Shown here: positions 17,234 to 27,794 of the stretch, one piece after another | How the letters are laid out: every line of letters begins with the position of its first letter | Position numbering within the stretch: the stretch's first letter is position 1 | Assembly (NCBI GenBank): GCA_963764165.1 | Contig: CAVXRD010000002.1 | Span: 256,001-320,000, forward strand | Origin: an uncultured Verrucomicrobiae bacterium | GTDB lineage: Bacteria; Verrucomicrobiota; Verrucomicrobiia; Limisphaerales; Palsa-1400 | Direction of reading: 5' to 3' | DNA length: 64,000 nucleotides | The notes under the pieces: model-generated | The model's database searches: none | Told to the model about the DNA's origin: nothing | The model's input: only the letters and a program-made list of their open reading frames with translations | Translations under genes and position numbers: made by a program

Positions 17234-18973
17234 TTAAGCGGAAGGCATTTTCAAAATTGCGACGGAATCCGCGGGAAGCGTGACGCTCGCGCCATTTAAC
17301 AGAGCGCCCTCGTGCGATGTCGCGACCACTTCGTGCGCGCCCTCCCGCAATGAAATGGCGAATGGCGTGTCTCCCAAATTGCAGGCCACCGTCCACGGAC
17401 CACGTTCGAGAACGATTGAACGCTCTTTGTCATCGCTATGGGCGTTGACATATTCCATCCGGCCATCGGTCAAGGACGGTTCAGAGCGGCGGAGCCGGAT
17501 CAGTTTCTTGTGCCACTCGAGCAATTCGGTGTGGCGCGGCTTGGAAATCTCATTCCAGATTAATTTGGAGCGTTGAAATGTTTCCGGCGCTTGCGGATCG
17601 GGAATTTCCTCTTCCTTCCCAGCGAAATCGGGAAATTCGCGGCGGCGTCCCTCGCGAACAGCTTTGCCCAGCTCTGGATCCTCGTGATTCGAGAAATACA
17701 AAAACGGCGACGTCGCTCCCCATTCCTCGCCCTGAAAAAACATCGGCAGAAACGGCGACATCAAAACCAGCGCTGCCGCCGATTTCAGGTGGCCCATGCT
17801 GAGCAGATGGCAGCTGCGTTCGCCGAGGGCGCGATTTCCGATTTGGTCGTGATTTTGCAGGTAGGCAAGGAAACGAAACCCATCCAAGCCCGTCGGCGGG
17901 CGTCCGTGGCGGCGTTTGCGGAAAGGCGAGTAACGCCCGTCGTAAACGTAAGCCTGTCGGAACGCCTTGCACAAATCCGCCATCGAGCCGAAATCGGAGT
18001 AATACCCCTTCCTTTCGCCTGTCAGAACGGTGTGGAGCGCGTGATGAAAATCGTCGTTCCAATGCGCATGCAGCGCGTATCCTCCCCTGCCCCTCGCCCA
18101 CAAAAGCTTCGGGTCGTTGCGGTCGCTTTCGGCGATCAAAACGAGATGGCGCCCAAGCTCCGCTTCCAATTTCTTCACCTCTTCCGCCAGTTGCTCGATG
18201 AACGGCTCGGGCGAGCAGTCAACAATAGCGTGCAGCGCATCCAACCGGAGGCCATCGAAATGGTAATCGCGCAGCCACATCAGCGCGTTGTCGCAAAAAA
18301 AGCGGCGGACTTCGTCGCTGCCCGCGTCATCGTAATTAATCGCGGGACCCCACGGGGTGGAAAAATTGGTTTTTTGGTAGGGCCCGAATTTCATCCAATA
18401 ATTCCCAGCCGGGCCAAAGTGATTGTAGACAACGTCGAGTATCACCGCCAAATGCTTCAAATGGCACGCTTCCACCAGACGCTTCAAACCCTCAGGCGGC
18501 CCATAGGCGTGATGCGGCGCGAACAGGCCGACCCCGTCGTAACCCCAGCCGTGGTCGCCGGAGAATTCGTTAACAGGCATGATCTCGACGTGCGTCACGC
18601 CAAGCTCTACGAGATGATCGAGTTTTTCGATCGCGGCATCAAACGTCCCCTTCGGCGTAAAGGTGCCGATATGCAATTCGTAGATGATGGCGGACGAAAG
18701 CGGCGGCGCCTGCCACGCTGCGTCGGACCAGGCAAAATTCTTTTGTGTGACAGGCCGCGAAAGGCCGTTCACGCCGTTCGGCTGGTAAGGCGAGCGCGGG
18801 TCTGGAAACGGCCCTTCGCCATCAAGGAAAAATCCATAATCGCTGCCGGCGGCGAGCGTCGGCATCTCCAGCGTCCACCAATCGTCAGGCTGCCGGGTCA
18901 TCGGCATGCGCTGCTGCAAAATGGATAGTTCGACCGTTTTTGGCGTCGGCGCCCAAACTCGAAATGTGTGCAT
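17234..18973 (-). CDS. treZ: Malto-oligosyltrehalose trehalohydrolase (GH13)
   Basis: YELHIGTF, WGYDGV, DVVYNHFGP, GLRLDALHA and QNHDQIGNRA motifs. Confidence 0.96.
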   Translation of the reverse strand: MHTFRVWAPTPKTVELSILQQRMPMTRQPDDWWTLEMPTLAAGSDYGFFLDGEGPFPDPRSPYQPNGVNGLSRPVTQKNFAWSDAAWQAPPLSSAIIYELHIGTFTPKGTFDAAIEKLDHLVELGVTHVEIMPVNEFSGDHGWGYDGVGLFAPHHAYGPPEGLKRLVEACHLKHLAVILDVVYNHFGPAGNYWMKFGPYQKTNFSTPWGPAINYDDAGSDEVRRFFCDNALMWLRDYHFDGLRLDALHAIVDCSPEPFIEQLAEEVKKLEAELGRHLVLIAESDRNDPKLLWARGRGGYALHAHWNDDFHHALHTVLTGERKGYYSDFGSMADLCKAFRQAYVYDGRYSPFRKRRHGRPPTGLDGFRFLAYLQNHDQIGNRALGERSCHLLSMGHLKSAAALVLMSPFLPMFFQGEEWGATSPFLYFSNHEDPELGKAVREGRRREFPDFAGKEEEIPDPQAPETFQRSKLIWNEISKPRHTELLEWHKKLIRLRRSEPSLTDGRMEYVNAHSDDKERSIVLERGPWTVACNLGDTPFAISLREGAHEVVATSHEGALLNGASVTLPADSVAILKMPSA

Positions 18974-21531
18974 TAAGCTTTTTCCTCCCGAACCAGCACT
19001 GCGACTGGAAAACCATCCAGCAAAGAATCAACATCGCCGCTTTTGATGGATGCGCCTGTTAGAAAATTCTTCCAAATGCCGGAGGGCAGCGGCACGGTGG
19101 TATTCCCCCATTTGCCATTAAACTCGCTGACGAAACGAGGCGCAATCACCGCCAGCTTTCCACCGCGTATATAGGCCAGAATGCGGTCTTTCTCGCTGCC
19201 GGACACAAAGAGCGGTTCGTAGGCGGAGGCTGGGCCAAAGAGTTCGGGGTCGCTGTTGCGCAATTCGAGCAATTTTGCGGTCAGCCACAGTTTCGGCATT
19301 CCCGATTCGCGCTGCTTCCACGCTGCCTGCGCGGACAATTTCTTCGCCTCGGCAAGCATGCGCTTGCGTGGCTCGAAATCCACCGGGCGGCGATTGTCCG
19401 GATCCGTCAGGCTGAAATCCCAGAGCTCCGTGCCCTGGTAAGTATCAGGCACTCCGGTTGCTGTTAATTTGACAGCGGTTTGCGACAGCGAGTTTTTCCA
19501 GCCCGCATCCACAATGGCCGCCACAAATTTTTCCACATCGGCCATGAAGCTCTTATCCTCCATCGCGCGAGTGATGAAATTCTTCAATGCGTTCTCAAAT
19601 TTTGGATTTGGATTTCCCCAGTCGGTATTCTCCTTCGCTTCGCGAGCGGCCTTCTGCATGTGGGCCTGCATGCGGTCGATTGAGGCCGGCCACGCGCCCA
19701 CCAGCGCTTGATAAAACAAATACTCGGTCTTGCGATCGGGAAATGCCTCCTGCCGTTTGGCGTCGTTCATTGCGCCCCAGCGGCGGACAGCCTCGATCCA
19801 TCGCTGCGGCTGCTCGGAAAGCACGGCGAGGCGGGCTCGAACGTCGCCGCCCCACTTCGTATCGTGGGTGGCGCTGGCCGCCATCGAGACGGGCCAAATC
19901 TCCTGCTGCGCGCGGCACCATGCGTGAAAATCCGGCAGGCTCATTCCGAATTTTCCGGGATCCCCGCCCACCTCATTCAGCGCGGCAAATCGCAAATAAC
20001 AATAGAACGCGGTGTCCTCGATGGACTTGGCCATCAGCGCGCCCGTCAATTGCTGAAAGCGCAAAACAAAATCGTCCTCGAACTGCCCACGGTGGCGGAA
20101 GAGCAGCAAGTCCTCGAGAAATTGGAACAGCTCGCGCGGAAGCTGCGGTTGAAAAGCATGGGCCGCCTTCGCCGCGTCCCGGACCAGATGCTTGTCGATT
20201 TCGCTGACGGCGGGAACATCATTGGCGCCGGTGTAGGTGCGATAAACGGGAATGCACGTCGCCAGTTCCGACCACGCTTCGCGCAATTCCGCGCGGGTGA
20301 AATCGCGGCATTCCCAATGGCGCGCGGAAATGTGAACGAGCAAATCCGTCAGCCGATTGGCCTCGGATGAAAGCTGGCTATTGATGAAGCCGATTTTTTT
20401 GGCGCGAACGACATCGGTGTATTCCGCGTTGTCGCCCGTGAACTCCTTGTAAAATTCCGTTAGAGGCTGTTCGCCGGCGGGATCGACGAAGACGCCGTTC
20501 AGATTGATCAGAAAATCGTATCCAGTCGTCCCGTTGACAGGCCAATCAGGATTCAGCGGCTCGCCGGGCTCCAGAATTTTCTCGATGACAATCCAGGAAT
20601 TCGGCGCCAGGGCGCGAAGGCGATTCAGAAATTGCTCGGGATGGCGCAAGCCGTCCGAATGATCGACCCGCAAGCCATCAATCCAGCCGTTCCGCAGCCA
20701 TTGCTTGACACATGAGAAAGCCTGGTCAAACACCGGCTGCTCCTCAATTCGGACCCCGGCGAGGCTGGCGATGGTGAAGAATCGGCGATAGTTCAGCATC
20801 GAATCGCCGTTGCGCCACGACATCATCAAATAATTCTGCTTTTGAATGAAATCATCCATCGCGGCGGGGTCATTGTTGAGTTTCGCGAGAATCACGGTGC
20901 GCCCCTTGGCGGCGGCCCCAATCGTGGCCGCCACGCTTTCGGGGGAAACCGGCAGCGTCATGCCGTTGTACTCCAGCGCGAGCCTGCCGTTCTTTTCTGT
21001 CAACTGAATGGCTTTCTTCGCCAAAGCCTCGTGGTAGCGCTCACCCATGATGGGAAGCGCAATCTTTCCGCGCAACCGGGGATCCGGCGCCTGCCAGTTG
21101 ATGTCGAAATAATTCGCATAGGGGCTGTTCGATCCGTGAGTCAGGACATCGAGCCACCACGGATTATTTTGCAAGTCGATCCCCATGTGATTCGGCACCA
21201 CATCGAGCACAAGGCCCATGCCGTGTTTGGCCAATGCCTGGTGGAACTTCTCCAAATCGCCCGTTGTGCCGATTTCCGGGTTGATCTGGGTGAAATCCGC
21301 AGCGTCGTAGCCATGCGTGCTTCCCGGGATCGCCTTCAGCAGCGGTGAGGAATAAACGTGGCTCACGCCAAGCTCGGCCAGATATTCCACCAGGTCACGC
21401 GCCTGCGCGAGAGTGAAGTCCTTGTTGAATTGCAGCCGGTAGGTCGCATGGGGAGCCGACTTCACACCGCGCGAACGCGGCGAGGTTTCTGCTGGGCCGG
21501 ATTTGGGCTCGGTTCGAACCGCCGTTTCCAT
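18973..21531 (-). CDS. treY: Malto-oligosyltrehalose synthase (GH13)
   Basis: ATYRLQF, GSTHGYD, NYRRFF, GLRVDHSDGL, LNEVGGDP and DPDNRRPVD motifs; start placed at METAV. Confidence 0.96.
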   Translation of the reverse strand: METAVRTEPKSGPAETSPRSRGVKSAPHATYRLQFNKDFTLAQARDLVEYLAELGVSHVYSSPLLKAIPGSTHGYDAADFTQINPEIGTTGDLEKFHQALAKHGMGLVLDVVPNHMGIDLQNNPWWLDVLTHGSNSPYANYFDINWQAPDPRLRGKIALPIMGERYHEALAKKAIQLTEKNGRLALEYNGMTLPVSPESVAATIGAAAKGRTVILAKLNNDPAAMDDFIQKQNYLMMSWRNGDSMLNYRRFFTIASLAGVRIEEQPVFDQAFSCVKQWLRNGWIDGLRVDHSDGLRHPEQFLNRLRALAPNSWIVIEKILEPGEPLNPDWPVNGTTGYDFLINLNGVFVDPAGEQPLTEFYKEFTGDNAEYTDVVRAKKIGFINSQLSSEANRLTDLLVHISARHWECRDFTRAELREAWSELATCIPVYRTYTGANDVPAVSEIDKHLVRDAAKAAHAFQPQLPRELFQFLEDLLLFRHRGQFEDDFVLRFQQLTGALMAKSIEDTAFYCYLRFAALNEVGGDPGKFGMSLPDFHAWCRAQQEIWPVSMAASATHDTKWGGDVRARLAVLSEQPQRWIEAVRRWGAMNDAKRQEAFPDRKTEYLFYQALVGAWPASIDRMQAHMQKAAREAKENTDWGNPNPKFENALKNFITRAMEDKSFMADVEKFVAAIVDAGWKNSLSQTAVKLTATGVPDTYQGTELWDFSLTDPDNRRPVDFEPRKRMLAEAKKLSAQAAWKQRESGMPKLWLTAKLLELRNSDPELFGPASAYEPLFVSGSEKDRILAYIRGGKLAVIAPRFVSEFNGKWGNTTVPLPSGIWKNFLTGASIKSGDVDSLLDGFPVAVLVREEKA

Positions 21532-21544
21532 AAGCGTGGCGAGG

Positions 21545-24064
21545 TTAAGCGGCGGGTTCGAGTATTTCTTCCACCGGCTTTGCTTCCGGTTTCGTCTCGG
21601 GGCTCTCCACGCGCGGCTTGACGGGATCTTCCGTCGCCAGCGCCGCGGAGAATCCCAGCACTTGCCCCAATTCCGCAAACAATGTGGTCCACGTCTTCGC
21701 CACGTCGTCGCCATCGGAGGCGCGGCGCTTCATCTCGGCCGACACGGTGTTCGATACATCGACATAGATATTTTGCGGCTTCCACAGATTGGCGTCGAAC
21801 GGAAGCTCATGGAGCAGCTTGGCGTCATCAATGAATTGCTTGAGCAATTCCAGATCGCACGGTGTTGTCAGAAGTTTCTCGCTCAACCTGTCGAAGTGCA
21901 GCTTGCACGCGTAGGCAATTGTCTCCTTGTCGAGAGCCACCTTGGTCGTCCTGACCTCGTTGAACAAGCTGCGCAGGCGCGTCGCGTCAATCTTTCCACC
22001 TTCAAAGGCGGATCGAATTTCCGTATTGAGCACCAGCTCGACAGCCGTGTTGAGTCCTTCCAGGGGCGGCGCATTCAAGTCCGACAGCACCCTCAGCAGA
22101 GGCTCGTGACGGTCAACGATAAGTTTGTAGGCGGTGTGAATTTCATCCCGCGTGGCGGAAAGAATCTGGTTGAGCACCTTGCGCTGCTCGTCGCGGAACA
22201 GGCTCTTCAAAGAATAATGCATCTCCCCGAAATGCCGATCCATCAGGCGGATGATTTCGGAGAAATCCCCGCGCTCGAACGCCGCCTTCGAATCCTCGAT
22301 CAACTGGGCCTGCTCCGAAGGTCCGCCGTTGAGGCGCACCCAGCAATTCAAATTATGGCTTCCCATGTAAAGCACGCCGTAGGTCAGGACATCCGAGGCC
22401 TTCGTGATTTCAAATGTCACCCGGGCGCTGCCAATCAAGAGCCGGGCGGCGCCGGACATAAACATTTGCCGCTCCTGCTGCTTGAAAGAGAAGGCATACA
22501 GCCGCGCCTCCTCCGGATACGATTCGAACACGGAACTGATGGCATAGTGCGCGCCAACCAAATTCCGCGTGATGATCGCCGGCTTGACAAATTTCTCGTA
22601 AATTTGTTTCCCGTCGCCGTTCTCGGGGATGTTGCTTTTGGCGTCAACGAGAAGATTGGTGAAACCTTCCTCAAGGTCGTCGTTCCAAAGCTCCCTGGCC
22701 AGCTGAACCGCCCGGGCCGCGTATTGCAAAACCTGGACCGACTCCAGCCCGGAAATTTCATCAAAGAACCATCCGCAGCTCGTATACATGAGCATCGTAT
22801 GCCGCTGCAGCTCCAGCATGCGCAGGGCGAGAACCCGCTCATCTTCGGACAAGGGGCGCACCGCGTGGCGAGCCAGGAACCTCTCCACGTTCTCGTGAGA
22901 GCGATCAAGAATAACATTGATGTATTCATCTCGCGCCACCCAGGGATTCTTCAGCAATTCGCCGGCGCGCTTTTCGTAGCGGGGCGCGAGTTCGTCGCGC
23001 AGCCAGTCGAGCGCTTTGCGCAGCGGCCCGCGCCAGCTTTGGTTCCAGTTGCCGTGCCCCCCGGAATTGCAGCCGCAATCCTGAAACCAGCGGCCCACCC
23101 CGTGCGAGCAGCTCCACGCGCTTGGGCAATGAACTTCCGCCTCGTGGGTCGGCGGATGTTTCTCCAAAAACTCCCCATAAACTGTCAACTGAACATCGGC
23201 GCGCATTTCGACGCTCCGCAAGGCGTAGGCCAGGGCCATGTCTCCGTAATGGAAATGATGCCCGTACGATTCGCCGTCGGTGCCCACGTGAACCAATTGG
23301 TCCCAATCGCGGGCGTCGCTGAACGCCCCCACAAGGCGATCCGCAAGCCGGCCCCCGTCGGTCAACAAACGCTCAAAGGCGACTGCCTGCGCCACGGGCG
23401 CATCATAAAAGAAAACGGCGATGGATTTGCCAGACGGCAAATTCACCTTGTAAGCGCGGGACGGATCCACTTTGCCGCCGTTGACGTCCTGCCAATCCCC
23501 GCCGCCAATGGGCCGCACACGGCTGGCCTGGAACGGCGAGAGGATGGTGAATTGAATGCCGAACTGCGCGAGCGCCTCAAGCGACTCGATATCAACGCCG
23601 CATTCCGGCAGCCACATTCCCTCCGGCGAGCGGCCGAAGCGGGCCTCAAAATCCCGCACGCCCCATGCCACCTGCGTGATTTTGTCCCTCGCGTTGGAGA
23701 GGGGCATGATTTGATGATTGTAGCATTGCGCGATGGCGGAGCCGTGGCCGGAAAACCGGCGCTGGCTTTCCTTGTCGGCGTCTTGCAGCGCTTTCAGGAT
23801 ATCCGGCGCCTTTTCCTGCATCCATAACAGCAGGCTCGGGCCGAAATTGAAGCTGATGCGCGAATAATTATTGACGATCTGCTCAATCCTGCTTTCGCCA
23901 TCGATCAAACGAGAATGGGCGTTGGGCGCGTAACATTCGGCTGTGATCCGCTCATTCCAATCGTGATAGGGATGGGCGGAGTCCTGCATTTCAACCGCTT
24001 CCAGCCACGGGTTTTCCCGCGGCGGCTGGTAGAAATGACCATGCACGCAAATGTATTTTTTCAT
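21545..24064 (-). CDS. Glycoside hydrolase family 57 protein with DUF3536
   Basis: HGHFYQPPRENPW, GMWLPE, TDGESYGHH, WSCSHGVGRW and MYTSCGWFFDE motifs. Confidence 0.93.
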   Translation of the reverse strand: MKKYICVHGHFYQPPRENPWLEAVEMQDSAHPYHDWNERITAECYAPNAHSRLIDGESRIEQIVNNYSRISFNFGPSLLLWMQEKAPDILKALQDADKESQRRFSGHGSAIAQCYNHQIMPLSNARDKITQVAWGVRDFEARFGRSPEGMWLPECGVDIESLEALAQFGIQFTILSPFQASRVRPIGGGDWQDVNGGKVDPSRAYKVNLPSGKSIAVFFYDAPVAQAVAFERLLTDGGRLADRLVGAFSDARDWDQLVHVGTDGESYGHHFHYGDMALAYALRSVEMRADVQLTVYGEFLEKHPPTHEAEVHCPSAWSCSHGVGRWFQDCGCNSGGHGNWNQSWRGPLRKALDWLRDELAPRYEKRAGELLKNPWVARDEYINVILDRSHENVERFLARHAVRPLSEDERVLALRMLELQRHTMLMYTSCGWFFDEISGLESVQVLQYAARAVQLARELWNDDLEEGFTNLLVDAKSNIPENGDGKQIYEKFVKPAIITRNLVGAHYAISSVFESYPEEARLYAFSFKQQERQMFMSGAARLLIGSARVTFEITKASDVLTYGVLYMGSHNLNCWVRLNGGPSEQAQLIEDSKAAFERGDFSEIIRLMDRHFGEMHYSLKSLFRDEQRKVLNQILSATRDEIHTAYKLIVDRHEPLLRVLSDLNAPPLEGLNTAVELVLNTEIRSAFEGGKIDATRLRSLFNEVRTTKVALDKETIAYACKLHFDRLSEKLLTTPCDLELLKQFIDDAKLLHELPFDANLWKPQNIYVDVSNTVSAEMKRRASDGDDVAKTWTTLFAELGQVLGFSAALATEDPVKPRVESPETKPEAKPVEEILEPAA

Positions 24065-24090
24065 ATCTTGACGCGCCCGATTGGGAACAA

Positions 24091-24441
24091 TTACTGGCGG
24101 ATGTCGATGCTGTTGGTCACGTCGCGAACTCCCGCGGTGTTCTTGGCCAGGTCGGTCGCATGGGCGCGCGCATCCGGGGACACCACGAAGCCGCTCAACT
24201 GAACACTGCCTTTGAAGGTCGTGACATGGACGCCGTCATACTTGAACGTGGGATCAGAACCCAGGGCGCTCTTGACGCGGGCCGTGATGGCGGTGTCATC
24301 GATTTCTTCTCCGGTGCTCTCGTGGTAGCGATCACCCGCGCAACCCGTCACGGTCATGGCGACCACAGGCGCAACGGAAACGCAAACGAGCGCAACAAAA
24401 CGCTGGGTGTTATTCTTCCAATAGTTGATTGTTTTCTTCAT
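24091..24441 (-). CDS. BON-domain (OsmY-like) lipoprotein
   Basis: Lipobox VTGC; STGEEIDDTAITARVKSAL, VQLSGFV and GVRDVTNSI motifs. Confidence 0.9.
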   Translation of the reverse strand: MKKTINYWKNNTQRFVALVCVSVAPVVAMTVTGCAGDRYHESTGEEIDDTAITARVKSALGSDPTFKYDGVHVTTFKGSVQLSGFVVSPDARAHATDLAKNTAGVRDVTNSIDIRQ

Positions 24442-24642
24442 AGTAACTTTTCCTTTTGTGTATTTTCCTGCACTTGCCTTGCTGCCAAATCCACCTTGGA
24501 TGGCAGTCCCGTCACTCTCGTGTATCAAGCGCACTATGCCCATAGGGTGTTCCCCCGCCGCTCCGTACTTTTTCACCCACAGGTCATCACCCCATATGGC
24601 GGATGCATGGCGAGGGATTAATTTTCACGCGAGAGGCAAGCT

Positions 24643-25797
24643 ATAAAAAAGAAACTGAGAATATTGATGGTCGAAGACGAGGCGGCTGATGCGCAATTGG
24701 CCGAGCACGTCTTGCGCAAAGATGGTTTTGATTTCACCTTCCGGCGCGTCGAATCACACGACGCGTTCGTGCAGGAGTTGAAGGACTTCCGGCCGAACGT
24801 GATTCTTTCCGATCACGGCTTGTGCGCGTTCGACGGATTCAGCGCGCTGGCACTGGCCCAGGATGCGTGCCCCGAAGTGCCGTTCATTTTTGTGACCGGC
24901 TCGCTCGGCGAGGAAATGGCGACCAAGGCGCTGAAAAACGGGGCGTCGGATTTCGTGCTGAAGCATCGCATGGCCGGCCTCCCCCCTGCCCTGCACCGCG
25001 CGCTGCGCGAGGCGCATTCGCGGCAGCAGCGCAAGAATGCAGAGCAGGAGATCATGCGGCTGAACGAGGAGCTGGAGCACCGCGTGGCCCGCCGCACGGC
25101 GGAGCTGGAAGCGGCGAACAAGGAGCTGGAGGCGTTCAGCTATTCCGTTTCACATGAATTGCGCGCGCCCCTGCGGCAAATCGAGGGTTTCATCGAGGTG
25201 CTTAACTCAAACAAGAGCGCCACCGTGGACCCGGAAGCGCGCCAATGCTTGACAACAATTGGCGGCGCGGCCCGCCGGCTGGGCCAGCTCATCGACGATT
25301 TGCTCGCTTTCTCGCGCACCGCCCGCGCCGGCATGCGCAAACGAAAGGTCAATCTGAAAACTCTTTGCGAAAGCGTCATGCGCGATCTTCTCGTTGACAC
25401 CGCCGGGCGCAATGTCAAGTGGGTCATCGGCAGCCTGCCGGAGGTGACAGCCGACGCCGCCCTGCTCCGCCAGGTGCTGGCCAATTTGCTGGGAAATGCT
25501 GTAAAATACACGCGCAAGACAGAGAAGGCCGTCATCGAAATCAGCGCGACGCAGACGAAGGAGGAAGTCATCTTCTCCATCAAGGACAATGGCATTGGTT
25601 TCGACATGCGTTTTGCCGACAAGCTTTTCGGCGTCTTCCAGCGGCTTCATCCGCATTCGCAATTTGAAGGCACGGGCGTCGGACTGGCCAATGTCCGCCG
25701 CATCATCCATCAGCATGAGGGGCGCACCTGGGCAGAGGCCAAGCCCAACAAAGGGGCCACATTCTATTTCTCCCTGCCGCACGGCGACGCCGCATGA
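24643..25797 (+). CDS. Receiver-HisKA-HATPase hybrid histidine kinase
   Basis: N-terminal REC domain (ILMVEDE, ILSDHGL, FIFVTG), H-box FSYSVSHELRAPL, GTGVGLA; start probably ATA at 24643 (track start 24664). Confidence 0.93.
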   Translation: MKKKLRILMVEDEAADAQLAEHVLRKDGFDFTFRRVESHDAFVQELKDFRPNVILSDHGLCAFDGFSALALAQDACPEVPFIFVTGSLGEEMATKALKNGASDFVLKHRMAGLPPALHRALREAHSRQQRKNAEQEIMRLNEELEHRVARRTAELEAANKELEAFSYSVSHELRAPLRQIEGFIEVLNSNKSATVDPEARQCLTTIGGAARRLGQLIDDLLAFSRTARAGMRKRKVNLKTLCESVMRDLLVDTAGRNVKWVIGSLPEVTADAALLRQVLANLLGNAVKYTRKTEKAVIEISATQTKEEVIFSIKDNGIGFDMRFADKLFGVFQRLHPHSQFEGTGVGLANVRRIIHQHEGRTWAEAKPNKGATFYFSLPHGDAA

Positions 25798-26957
25798 AAA
25801 AGCAAATCCACATTTTGATGGTCGAGGATGATGATGCGGACGCCAGGCTTGAGCAGCACACCCTGCGCGAGGGCGGAATCCAATTCACGCTCCATCGCGT
25901 CCAGACTGAGGATGAGTTTGTCAGTGAACTCGACAAGAACCCTCCCGACGTCATTCTCTCCGATTATTCGCTTCCGGGTTTCGATGGCCACGCGGCGCTG
26001 AACCTCGCAAAACAGAAACGCCCGGAAATTCCGTTCATCTTCGTCACAGGCACGATGGGCGAGGAAGTCGCCATCGAAACTTTAAAAAACGGCGCTACAG
26101 ATTACGTGCTCAAGACCAGATTGGCGCGGCTCGTGCCAGCCGTTCGCCGCGCCTTGCGAGAAGCGCAGGAACGCAGCGACCGCCAATTAGCCGAGGTCAA
26201 ACTGCGCGAATCACACAAGCAATTGCGGGCGCTCTCGGTTTATCTCCAGCATGTGCGCGAAGAGGAGCGGACGCGGATCGCGCGCGAGGTCCACGACGAG
26301 CTCGGCCAGGCGCTGACCAGTTGCAAGCTGAGCGCCTCATGGCTCGCGGGCCGCCTGCCGCGTTCGCAGAAGGAATTATGCGAGAAGGCGGAACGCCTCT
26401 CGACGGACATCGATTCGACCATCCAAACCGTCCGCCGCATCTCGACGGAATTGCGGCCGGGAATTTTGGATTACCTCGGCCTGGCCGCGGCGCTGGAATG
26501 GCAGGCGCAGGAATTTCAAAATCGCACCGGCATTCGCTGCCACGTCTCGACGCATTTGAACGGGCCCCCGCTGGACCCCGAATTGACCACCACGTTTTTT
26601 CGAATTTTTCAGGAGACGCTGACCAACGTGATCCGGCACGCGGAGGCGACGGATGTCGACGTCAACTTGAAAGAAGAGTCGGCCCGGATTATTCTGGAAG
26701 TCAAAGACAACGGCCGCGGCATCAGCCGGGAGGAAATTTCCGACCCGCGCTCCATGGGATTGCTGGGCATGCGCGAGCGGGCGGCGCTGCTGGGGGGCGA
26801 TTTCAGGATTCAGCCGGTGCGGGGCGGCAAGGGCACACGGGCATGCGTCGCCATCCCGCGCCGGCAACGCCAGCGCCGAACGAAATCGATGCATGAAGAT
26901 TCTTCTGGCAGACGACCACGCCGTCGTGCGGCATGGACTGAAGCAAATTCTAACTGA
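25794..26957 (+). CDS. Receiver plus NarX/UhpB-type (HisKA_3) histidine kinase
   Basis: REC domain followed by EERTRIAREVHDELGQ, QETLTNVIRHA and GLLGMRER. Confidence 0.94.
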   Translation: MKKQIHILMVEDDDADARLEQHTLREGGIQFTLHRVQTEDEFVSELDKNPPDVILSDYSLPGFDGHAALNLAKQKRPEIPFIFVTGTMGEEVAIETLKNGATDYVLKTRLARLVPAVRRALREAQERSDRQLAEVKLRESHKQLRALSVYLQHVREEERTRIAREVHDELGQALTSCKLSASWLAGRLPRSQKELCEKAERLSTDIDSTIQTVRRISTELRPGILDYLGLAAALEWQAQEFQNRTGIRCHVSTHLNGPPLDPELTTTFFRIFQETLTNVIRHAEATDVDVNLKEESARIILEVKDNGRGISREEISDPRSMGLLGMRERAALLGGDFRIQPVRGGKGTRACVAIPRRQRQRRTKSMHEDSSGRRPRRRAAWTEANSN

Positions 26958-27519
26958 CGCGTTCAAGCGCGCCACTTATGGCGAAGCTCGCAACGCCCAG
27001 GAAGCCCTTGATCTTGTATGGAAAGAGAACTGGGATGTCGTTGTCCTGGACATCACCATGCCAGGGCGGAGCGGCCTGGATGTTCTCACTGAAATCAAGC
27101 GCACGAAGCCCAAATTGCCGGTGCTGGTCCTAAGCATGCATCCGGAAAATCAATTCGCCGTGCGCGTCCTCAAATCCGGCGCCGCCGGTTACATGACCAA
27201 GGAAAGCGCGCCCGCCGAATTGGTCGGCGCTCTAAAAAAAGTCCTTGCCGGCGGTCGCTACGTCAGCACCGGGTTGGCGGAAACATTGGCCGCCTCACTT
27301 TCCACCACCCAAAACGCGCCGCAGGAAGCGTTGTCAGACCGGGAATTTCAAGTATTGCGCCTCATTGCCTCTGGCAAGATGGTCTCGGACATCGCGCGCG
27401 AGTTATCGCTCAGCGTCAAGACGATCAGCACCTATCGTACGCGAGTTCTTGAAAAGATGGGAATGAAGAATAACGCGGAGTTGATGCACTACGCCATCCA
27501 GCACCGGCTGGTGGAGTAG
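26893..27519 (+). CDS. NarL/LuxR-family response regulator
   Basis: ILLADDHAVVRHG, LDITMPG, LSDREFQVL and LSVKTISTYR motifs. Confidence 0.96.
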   Translation: MKILLADDHAVVRHGLKQILTDAFKRATYGEARNAQEALDLVWKENWDVVVLDITMPGRSGLDVLTEIKRTKPKLPVLVLSMHPENQFAVRVLKSGAAGYMTKESAPAELVGALKKVLAGGRYVSTGLAETLAASLSTTQNAPQEALSDREFQVLRLIASGKMVSDIARELSLSVKTISTYRTRVLEKMGMKNNAELMHYAIQHRLVE

Positions 27520-27591
27520 AACACTTCTTTGATGTCAGCCTCCGACCTGGGCCGCTTGATGTGTGCGGAATCTGCTATTGCGCTCGACAGC

Positions 27592-27794
27592 CTTTTCATT
27601 AACACCCGCTTCAGCGGGGTGTGGGGCATCCGGAGCCATCAAAACCGTTTTTACGGTCTTATCACGAGCGAACGACGTTTCAAGGTGTCCCAGACTAGGC
27701 GGGTAGGCAAGCCATGGCAGGGCCAGAAACCGTTAAAACGGTTCTCCTTCCTCAGCCTCGGGCCACCTCGCTTCAGCGAGGTGTTCATGAAAAG
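27592..27794. repeat. ~200-bp palindromic REP/MITE-like element
   Basis: CTTTTCATTAACACCCGCTTCAGCGGGGTG..AACCGTTTTTACGG mirrored by CCGTTAAAACGGTT..CACCTCGCTTCAGCGAGGTGTTCATGAAAAG. Confidence 0.75.

Noticed and set aside
21503..23827. Long antisense ORFs (also 930..2294, 7513..9036, 47134..48273, 61173..63149 and others)
   Set aside because: They are shadows of well-supported genes on the opposite strand in GC-rich DNA and carry no recognisable motifs
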